Positions 39,543-48,204 of a stretch of 64,000 nt of DNA are shown here, in pieces. The stretch is from Toensbergia leucococca (Eukaryota), in the NCBI GenBank assembly GCA_022813965.1, contig JALDZS010000007.1:124001-188000 (forward strand). The letters are read 5' to 3'. How positions within the stretch are numbered: position 1 is the first letter of the stretch; each line of letters starts with the position of its first letter. The position numbers and the translations under genes were made by a program. The notes under the pieces are model-generated. The model did no database searches. It was not told the origin of the DNA and saw only the letters and a list, made by a program, of their open reading frames with translations.

Positions 39543-42146
39543 TCACCCTTTGAATGTGAAGCTCTTGCCCGCAATCTCCTTCTTGGATTTCCGCATTCCT
39601 TTCGGCGCATCCAGAGACTTGGAATAGGGATCGAACGATTTCGCTGGCCCTGCTCGATCATTACCGTCTCGCTTTGCATGAAGCACTGATGGGGCGTTTG
39701 CATAATCAAAATCTCCCTGATCTCCGCCATCACCACCGTCATTAGTGTCTTGTAGCTCCTCAAGTTTCCGCATCTCTTGTAGCTCCTCAAATTTCCGCAT
39801 CTCTGCCTCGAGTTTCCTCCGTGCTTTTCGCTCGGCCTTGCGCTCGGCTTTCTCTTGAGCTGCATCTTCGTCTACATCATTGTGCGAGATCTTCATTTCA
39901 TCTTCCTTTTCGATATTCTCTGACAATTGTGTAGAAGCTTCCTGCACATCAGCTATTTTACGTTTTCGAGAGCCTCCTACTTGCTTGATGATGAAAACGT
40001 CGTCTTCCTTCTCTGCCCTGTGCTTCACAAATTGATGCTCACTTGGCGGGCTTTGATTGTGCTGGCCGGCTTCCGCCTTCAGATCTTCAAAGATCTCGGC
40101 AGTCAGCTGTGGCAGCGGCAAAGCTAGGCGGAGGCTTTCAGGCTGTAATGTGTTTCTCGTCTCTTGCACCTCCCACGCGCTGCCGCCGAAAATGTCGCCC
40201 CAAAAGCGGGACCTTTCAAGCTTAATGCACGGGTTCTTCGGCTGAACCTTTGGTGGGCCTGATTCGTCGTTGACAGAGTGCTTTGGAGCTGGATCTAGGC
40301 TCCCGGTTGCACCCTGGCCTACCTGCTGACTGGAGTAGGCAACTTCCCATGACCGAGAAACTTCTTTTAGTTCAGGGCCTGTGGCGCCTGCTGCCTTGGC
40401 AGTTGTTATAATTCTGAGAAGATCGCTAATTCGGTTTCGCGTTGGAGCCGATATGGGATGAGAGCATCTAAGCAAAGAGGCCATATCTATTGGCATTTCC
40501 CGTGCTATATTCAACATAACATACTTTGGCATGACCAGATGAAGGCTCTCGTCTTCCTGCCTTGCAACATTGTCTCTCCATTGATGCACTGCTTTGAATA
40601 CCGCAAATTGTTCCCGACTGAACAGCATAGGTGTACGACAAATCATATGGTACCATCCGAGTGGGCCACTGCCACGTTCTGAATCATGAAATGGACGCTC
40701 ATATCTTCTAAGCGCCTCTTCTTTTGATCTCGCAAGGACGACATCCACTAGATTTTCTCTCGGCTCAGTTGACTCTGACTTCTCGATGAGTTCGTTGCGC
40801 ATTCTGTCGTAGATGTAGAGAAGGAAGTGTGTGTCAGAACGAGCATAGTTGAACATTTGGGCGGGCAGAGGCCTTAGTAACGGTCAGCTTACAGTGATGT
40901 GGATCATGATGAAATTTTCAAACCGTATTCGCCAATCCGCCATCTGGTACTGCTTTTCTGCCTTGTAATTGGTGAATTTACTTAACAGTGACGCTAAACC
41001 ATGCCCTTGATACTTTAACGAATGCGAAGCATGATAAGTGTCAAACAAGCCAACGACGTACAATCCCAAGTCCCTTTGTAGCCATATCATGTCCATGGAT
41101 GAACCGTGGAAGACCTTACTCGGCATTAATGAACCAACATCTGTTTCAATGAACTTCGTACTCACTTTGACAATACTCGGATCTGTGAAGACCTCATTCA
41201 GCACCTGAAGATCCTCTCTCCAGGGCTTGAGCGTGTCCACCACCCAGTCCTTCTCTCTCGTACTGATCTGCATCAAGGAAACCAGACCAATATATGACCG
41301 TTCGTCATGATGCTCGAGGTCAATGGCGATCTCTTTAGCCTCTTTCAATTCTTCAAGCATAGAAGTGACAGCCTCAGGGGTATCAACAAACGTGGCACTC
41401 GTGGTTTCGAAAGGTAAATAGAATATAGGATCGGACTTCGTGTATGTGGAGGGAGGATATTTTGACTGAAGGATTTCAGTCTCATATGGGTGTTTGTATC
41501 TAAGATGAAGGTTAATCAAAAGTTTCAGAGGCGGAAAAGAGTCTGTCATAGAAATGTAAAAATGAGGGTCGTACTGCTCAATGGCATCTTCATTAAAGAT
41601 GGAGCCGAGACTTTCTTGGAGTGGTACTATAGCATTAGGCTTCGACCGAAGGAGCGGCTTGAAGGCTGTAGTCTCATTATTGGAAATGACTTTATTGAAA
41701 AGAAGCTGAGGTTTGGGTATATCCTGCGTGCGAAAGGTCTTGGTTGGCCTCTGTTTTCTTAGACTAGAGCCAGCGCTTCCAGGCTGATCTTGGTGGGGGT
41801 GATCGAGTTTCTTGATAACGCCCGTATATTCATCCAAGCAAGCATCCGTCTTTTCAAGTAGGCTGTCCACCACATCCACGAATGATTCCCAGTTGTCTTC
41901 TATTTCATCGGCGTTCTGAAGTCGGGGAGCTGGTACTTCTGTTCCTGCCGCTGCTCCTCTTATTAATTTTTGAACTGATTGCAACAATCTTGAATTTTGC
42001 TTGTCAAGTAGGTGGGCGACGGATGGATTCAGGGTACGCTGGAAAACTAGGTCTTCATTTGAGATTTGGCCTACGGTGCGTGTTGTAGCGACAAGAGCGG
42101 CGAAGACACGGTCCTGGATTTGCTTGAAAGTGCCATCTGACGCCAT
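39543..42146 (-). CDS. RRP6: Nuclear exosome 3'-5' exonuclease Rrp6
   Basis: PMC2NT-like N-terminus; IAIDLEHHDERSYIGLVSLMQISTR, FHGSSMDMIWLQRDLGLY, KQYQMADWRIR|PLP..YARSDTHFLLYIYD (DEDD-Y); HRDC WRDNVARQEDES. Confidence 0.96.
39748..39801. repeat. 27-bp in-frame tandem duplication in the RRP6 tail
   Basis: tcttgtagctcctcaagtttccgcatc and tcttgtagctcctcaaatttccgcatc differ at one base; they encode EMRKFEELQ EMRKLEELQ. Confidence 0.9.
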
Positions 42147-42479
42147 GTATGATGGTAATAACCAACGACAGAGGTACTGATGATCCCAAGGGTGGCCCCG
42201 AAGGTGATTTCTTAATATGTACTTGGGCCAGATAGACTGTTGGCCCGATGCTATGTACGACAATGCCTGATGCCAATATCTGAGCATGAAAAGATGATGA
42301 AAGGTCGACTTTTATCCGCTGGGTGGGATCAACATTTAAAGTTAGAATAACGGGCATGCAGCAAGCCGAGGACCGAGGGGCGGCAGAGCCTCATTTGGTG
42401 ATCCTCAGATTGATATTTGAAGTTGGCTGATGACTCAATTTGTTCACATTTCACATCTTGCCACTCATCGTGAAGCAGC

Positions 42480-42928
42480 ATGTCAGCCTCGCTGGCTCCA
42501 GAATGCAACGAACCCAAAGAGTGAGCCTAGTCTATTACTACCGGGGAGACAGCAGTACTGACCCTACCAAGACATTACGATTCATGTTTTCTGAAGTGGT
42601 ATAGTGAAAGTAAGGCTTGCCTTGATCAGACAGGCCCTGGGCTTACAGTGCAAGAGTTTCTTCGCGGCAATGCGACAACGGATGAGTGCGAACCCTTGTT
42701 CAAGCAGTACAAAACTTGTCTCACAGTAAGTGCAGTAAGTCTATTCAACACCCTCTCCTGAGTCTCATGTATTTCAGAAAGCTCTAAAAGAGCGAGGTCT
42801 CGACACGATGCTTGAGGAAGCTAAGCAGAGCAACAAAGAGATGGACGCTGAACATATGCGGCGCAACTGTAAGTCTCACAGGATCGTGAGAACACACCTG
42901 GTAGCGTAGCAACTAACATGGTCTAGAA
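42480..42928 (+). CDS. MDM35: Mdm35/TRIAP1 mitochondrial intermembrane-space twin-Cx9C protein (5 small exons; absent from the ORF track)
   Basis: Spliced: MSASLAPECNEPKE|HYDSCFLKWYSEK|FLRGNATTDECEPLFKQYKTCLT|KALKERGLDTMLEEAKQSNKEMDAEHMRRN*. This is the classic Mdm35 signature. Confidence 0.93.
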
Positions 42929-43284
42929 TACGCCCGGATTCAATGTTGAATTAAATTAGTAGTCGGCCAACTCCACTCAGCACATTAGAAAATGTCATGC
43001 CTTTGTCGGTTCAAATGTAGGAAGTCAAGGATTGAGTCCCTCGAGTGGCTTTGCCTTTACTTTTCTGCACACATGGCATATCGTGGTGCAGCTAGTACTT
43101 TATGTTTAATTTGACAAACCTCCATGAGGCAGAATATCAATTTTATTGTTAAATTTACCTACGTAGAGACAGGAGACAGGCCCGGTCTTAATCTTAAGAA
43201 ACTTTGACATCCCGTACCTACTCCTTGCCCTGATTCTTTGCTATTGTTGCAACATACGACGAATGGCTTTACCTTAGCTGATTA

Positions 43285-43694
43285 ATGCACCCTTTCTCCG
43301 TCCTCACTCTCGGAATTTTCATTGCTGGTTATATCACAGCCCGCTGGGATTTGGTAACACGACTTTACGAGCTAGCAATATTCGCCGCAGACCACGGCGT
43401 TGTGGTCAGTCGCTTCATGTCACACTGAGAAGTGTTTCGTTTCACCTTCAACCCACCATTGCCGCTAACAGCGAGATAGACCCGAGCAGCAAAAGGATTC
43501 GCCCTTCTCTCCGTGTTCTTCGTCCTCCTCATTTTGCCCGTTGGCCGCATCGCAGCCCGAGAATCATCCTTGGTAACTTTATGCACCTTGTCTCGAGTAT
43601 TTATAACTGTCTTTAATACATGTCTCAGCACCCACGGTCCACTGTCGGTGGCATATCCGCGCGCGAGCAATTAAGACGCCGCGGCTCGTTTTAA
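43285..43694 (+). CDS. Uncharacterised 92-aa protein with two hydrophobic segments, immediately upstream of GPI1 (3 exons; absent from the ORF track)
   Basis: Exons 43285-43404, 43480-43572 and 43629-43694 are joined by phase-0 GT-AG introns (GTCAGT..GCTAAC..TAG; GTAACT..TTAAT..CAG). Product: MHPFSVLTLGIFIAGYITARWDLVTRLYELAIFAADHGVVTRAAKGFALLSVFFVLLILPVGRIAARESSLHPRSTVGGISAREQLRRRGSF*. Confidence 0.8.
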
Positions 43695-43704
43695 AAATGA
43701 TATT

Positions 43705-46024
43705 ATGGTCGCTGCCAATCGACTTCTTCGAATCTTCTGGCCTTCGGATGCTCCTCGCGGGAAGACACAAGGGACGATAGTAGGATGGAGAAATTCCGAG
43801 TTAGATATTTTCGTCGTATCCATTCTTGAAGATGTGGAGGTAATTCAACTCACGGTCAATGACTATCTGAGCATGTGTCTGATGTATTGGTATAGTCACG
43901 CAACGTCGAAAACGCATTGCGTGTGGGGACATTGTTCCGCAATAGTCCGCATCCAATGGGACGACTATTCGAGCTATGCGGCAAATCCTCGATGAGCGTA
44001 CTTGGCTCGACCAATCCGACGGCTAATCCAAGCTCTTTCAACCCATCACATCTTTACACTTACACTGATCGAACATCTCTGTTCCCGCGGGTTTATTGCC
44101 CCAGCGATTACAATATGAATGTGCAAATAATCACGTTCGACAAACCCTCTCCGACACGAATGCAGTACATGTCTTTGAACCCGATCTCTCTTGCATTAGG
44201 GGACAAGTCAATCAGCAGCGATAACGCAAGCCATAGCTTTGATATTAATGAAGCGGATGAACGCGAAGAAAGAGCTCGGAAAACGAAGCTGGTCAGCAAG
44301 CTCTGCCTGCATACAGTCATCAGGCATGTGTCGTTGCAGAAAGAACTGCTTCTTCCACAAATTTTGAATCAAATCAATTGTTCCCATGAGTTGTCTCAGT
44401 TGCTATCTAAGAACGTCCGCCTTGTAGGAACTAGGCAAAAGCGGAGCCTGAGCGTTGGCGAAAAGGTAGTAGAGTCTGCCAACACCCTGTGGCACTATCT
44501 TGTTGCTGGTTTGTGGCTTCTTTTGACCGGATGGGTGTATCCAGTACTGACAAGAGCTTTTGTTATTGGTCTCATCTGTCATCGCGTTGTGGCCGAAGTG
44601 GTACTCGGTGTACTTGAGTGGCGGCCTCATCCGGAGTCTGCAGCGTTGAAGGACATATCAGCCACGGCGCAGCAAGTCGACATTCGATTGCAACAATTCT
44701 GCTATTGGCCGATCCAATACAAGACGTTGCGCAAGAGAAAGAGTGATTGGGAAAGCATAACGGACAGGCACCCTGATTACATTCGCTTCTATAATAGTCT
44801 TTGGCTTGTAGCAAACGATGTCATTATTGGTATTGCTCTCGGCTCCTATATCGTGGATAACGCCGTGTGGGTTGCTCTTCAGATCAACAAAGTACTGAAT
44901 GGTTGGACAGTGAAGGGGTTGCGTGATATGATCTCGTGGCTTATGGACTGGCCGGCTGGTCTCAAATTAAACACCGAGTTAGCTGTGTTTCTCGGAGATC
45001 TCTTTCTTTGGGTCATCGATTACTGGGCTGGTAAGTCTTGCATGCTTCAAGGAATGGCACAAATAATAATTGGCACAGGGTGCGTTGGGAACTTGCAGCC
45101 GTATTTGCCTCACGTTATCTACTTCATCGGCTTCTCGAGCTTCGCTGGAGCTAGCATGCCAATCGCTTTGTTCTCGGATCTTCTCTCCCTGTTGACTGTG
45201 CATATATACTGTTTCTACACTGCATCTGCCCGGATATTCCACTGGCAATTAGCTATCATCAAGTCCTTGTTCCATTTATTCCGTGGGAGAAAGCACAATG
45301 TCCTGCGAAATCGAATCGATTCATGCGACTACGACCTGGATCAATTACTCTTGGGAACAATTCTTTTTACTCTGCTCTTCTTCTTGCTACCTACCGTGAT
45401 TGTATTCTATCTTACCTTTACTTCGGCGAGAATGGCCATCATCTCGCTCAAAGCAGCGTTGGATACATCTCTGGCATGTCTAAATCATTTTCCCCTTTTC
45501 GCACTAATGCTTCGAGTAAAGGATTCGCGGCGTCTCCCAGGTCAGCTTTACCGTACTATCCGTTGATCCGTCGTGGAGCTGATTTATACACAGGTGGCAT
45601 TTGTTTTGAACTTCGAGATACCCCCAGCGTTTCTTCAACTTTTCCTGGATTAAATGTTTCGCCCCCAACTTCGTATATTATACTCAAAGTATGTTAACCT
45701 CCGTGTGCTCAACAGTCACACACTAAATGAACGGCACAGTCAGTCCCCCTATCTTTGAGAGCCATGTTTGACCCCTATTTCCAACTTGGCCATCGGCTCA
45801 GGAAGCATTATCTATCACCAAGTGTTGTGCTTTGCTTAATCACCGGCCGCTTTATTCCACCGATACATCGCAAGAATCTATACAGCTTGCAGTACAGCAT
45901 GCTGCCAGCACGACGAGCGAGCATCTCCGAGGTCTGGACTCGTCTGACAGAGCAACCGTTGCCAGTCAGTAATGGCTCTGCTGGTATGCCAAATGGAAGT
46001 TATGCTCGTCGGACGTATCGATAG
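43705..46024 (+). CDS. GPI1: GPI-GlcNAc transferase subunit Gpi1 (PIG-Q)
   Basis: LLRIFWP..GTIVGW, DISATAQQVDIRLQQFCYWP, YIRFYNSLWLVANDVIIG, WLMDWPAGLKLNTEL, SLFHLFRGRKHNVLRNRIDSCDYDLDQLLLGTILFT, LNHFPLFALMLRVKD; several introns. Confidence 0.95.
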
Positions 46025-46406
46025 CCACTTTTGTAGGGAAATACATCCATAAAGCAGATTCTTATCTTACCAACCTGAAAAAAATACTCTACTGCTTATG
46101 AAGTAGCCATGTCAAGGACGAATGCTATGGCAAGGCACAGACCAAGACTCCAATTGTGCCCAAGTCTTCGTGACTGATGAGTCAAATCTGATAATGACTC
46201 AACTCTAGTATGCCTAGGTCTACTCTGAATCTGTGCTCCGATGATAAGACAACTCACCTCCCAAGGCAAGCCAAATCGAGGTATCAAGGTGTTCCAAGAT
46301 CGAATTGCCCGAGTGGCCCCAACACTCAAAACCTTGTCCTTTTACCACCCATACACTGCACCCTATACTCCGACAAACGCTAACGCTCCATCAGCTTACC
46401 TCCACC

Positions 46407-48038
46407 TCACACCCTCGGTCCCCTCTCCACCAACCCCTCACATCCAGCACACCTCAACAATCCTCTCTCCTCCACCACACCCCCACACCGGCATCTCCCC
46501 CCAACCCAAACCAATTTCTCCTCCACCAATCCTGCCCCAACCTCAACCCCAACCCCCACCAATTCCCCCCTCCACTCAGCCTCCGCCTCCCACCTTGCCC
46601 TCGCTCCCTCCAACCCCCCAACCAAACACCCCCAACATAACCACCCCAACGCGCAGAAACACCCAACCTTCTCCCGCCCCCTCCTCCTTCCCTCCTCAGC
46701 ACGGACTTTACATCCCTCACACATCCCCATCAACTTTCCTCTCAACAACTCTGCCCGCTCCCGTACTACCCACCGATGCGCCAACACCCGACAGCCCGCG
46801 CACACGAGATACGGCCTCTCCGCACCATCATGCGCGGCGGCGTTGATGCAAGGGTGCATGATTTCTGTGTGCTGCGGTGCTGGCTCTTCGATGGAGGAGG
46901 AAGAATCGCTGTCGAGGGCCGAGAGGTGGGAGAGCGCGATTGAGAAGTGGGGAGGAGTTTCAGCGCAGGTAGGTTGGAGGGGTTGTGTTGGTGGTGATTT
47001 TGTTGCTGCTGCTGCTGCTGATGCGAGTAGGGCTGCTCTTCGGACGGAGGCGAGACGACGGGCGCGGGTCGGCATTCTTTTCTTCGGGGTCGAGGGGGGG
47101 AGGCGCGGTTTTTTCGAGGGAGGGGTGGTGGAGCAAAGGGGGTGGGGGAAAGTGCTTTTGATTGAGGGGGTGGGAGTTGGGGATGGGGTGGGAGATTGGG
47201 ATTGTTCTCGATGGCGCTTCTGGAGGGGGGTTGTTGGGGGTGGGGTGGGAGATGAGAGACACGCCTTTTGATTCAAGGGCGTGGTGGTTGGGGGTGGGGA
47301 GGTTATCGTCGATGCTGTTGTCGTCGTTGTTGTGGATGATGGTGACGACGGTACTGTGTCGATGGGTTCGATTTCCTTATCGGAGTTGTTCTTTTCCCTT
47401 CGTTGTCTTTTGATCTTTTGCGTCGGTGGTTTCTCGGGAGAGTTCTGCTGCTTTTTCTCTTTTCGCTGCTGGTTTTTGGTGTTGATGGCAATGGGTGTTT
47501 CTTCTGTTACTACTTTCTCCTTCGTTTCTTTTTCGGGTAGTGGTCCTGCTTCTTCTGCTTCTTGTTGTGCAGCAGCTACTGGCTTGTGTTTGGGTTCGGG
47601 ACTGTGATGGTGGTGATGGTCGGGGTTGGTGTTCGTGTTGGGAGCAAGAGTTGCCATTTCTTTTTCTCTCTTTTGTTTGACGTTTTTTGTGTTTATGTGT
47701 GGGGCTGGTGAATGTGGTGGGGTTTGTGTCAAAAGAGCGATGTGTTGACCATGGAACGTGGATGTGTTGTGTTGAAAGTTTCCTTCAAGGGGTGGCGTGT
47801 TTGTGGGTTTTGGTGTTTTGGTGTTTTTGGGGGGCGGTGAATGAGATGGCGCGTGCCCTTTTCCATCTGGTTTTTGCTCCATTTCTTTTTCTGTGCAGGT
47901 AAGGAGTGCTTCTTTTTGCTGAGGGGGAGATCTGGGGATAATGGCATGGGGTGAAATTTCGTGGGATGGATCGGGTGTTTTGTGATTGATACCAAGAGGA
48001 AAGGAGGTTTGGGAGTGTGGTAAAGGGGTTGTTGGCAT
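46407..48038 (-). CDS. Hypothetical protein: long Pro/Thr/Lys low-complexity region plus C-terminal Cys-rich putative Zn-binding domain
   Basis: A 549-codon open frame; the C-terminus reads HPC..VCAGC..H..MCEGC..GCFC..WLCWGC..RCRCG..RCAGC. True start is uncertain (first ATG at 48038). Confidence 0.55.
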   Translation of the reverse strand: MPTTPLPHSQTSFPLGINHKTPDPSHEISPHAIIPRSPPQQKEALLTCTEKEMEQKPDGKGHAPSHSPPPKNTKTPKPTNTPPLEGNFQHNTSTFHGQHIALLTQTPPHSPAPHINTKNVKQKREKEMATLAPNTNTNPDHHHHHSPEPKHKPVAAAQQEAEEAGPLPEKETKEKVVTEETPIAINTKNQQRKEKKQQNSPEKPPTQKIKRQRREKNNSDKEIEPIDTVPSSPSSTTTTTTASTITSPPPTTTPLNQKACLSSPTPPPTTPLQKRHREQSQSPTPSPTPTPSIKSTFPHPLCSTTPPSKKPRLPPSTPKKRMPTRARRLASVRRAALLASAAAAATKSPPTQPLQPTCAETPPHFSIALSHLSALDSDSSSSIEEPAPQHTEIMHPCINAAAHDGAERPYLVCAGCRVLAHRWVVRERAELLRGKLMGMCEGCKVRAEEGRRRGREKVGCFCALGWLCWGCLVGGLEGARARWEAEAEWRGELVGVGVEVGAGLVEEKLVWVGGRCRCGGVVEERGLLRCAGCEGLVERGPRV

Positions 48039-48204
48039 GCTGGGTGGTGAAATCAAGAGGGGATCGTGGACGAACCAAGTTCTGCAAATAATGGTGAATT
48101 TGATACTACTCAGGTACGCACTCAGATTGGTATAAAACTAGCGCAGCCAGATCAGAACCAATATACACATTTTACAAAGCCAGAGACACCACAACGTCAC
48201 ACCC

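Noticed and set aside
42177..42284. TGATGA..CTGA resembling a C/D snoRNA between RRP6 and MDM35 (also lone C-box-like motifs near 10552 and 27014)
   Set aside because: No convincing terminal stem or recognisable rRNA guide; such motifs are expected by chance.
43365..43670. 101-aa minus-strand ORF upstream of GPI1
   Set aside because: Better explained by the spliced plus-strand 92-aa gene with canonical introns.
43692..43707. Stop-codon readthrough or -1 frameshift into GPI1
   Set aside because: Readthrough stays out of frame and hits TGA two codons later. No properly phased X XXY YYZ heptamer precedes the stop. Only a +1 (or equivalent -2) shift joins the frames.
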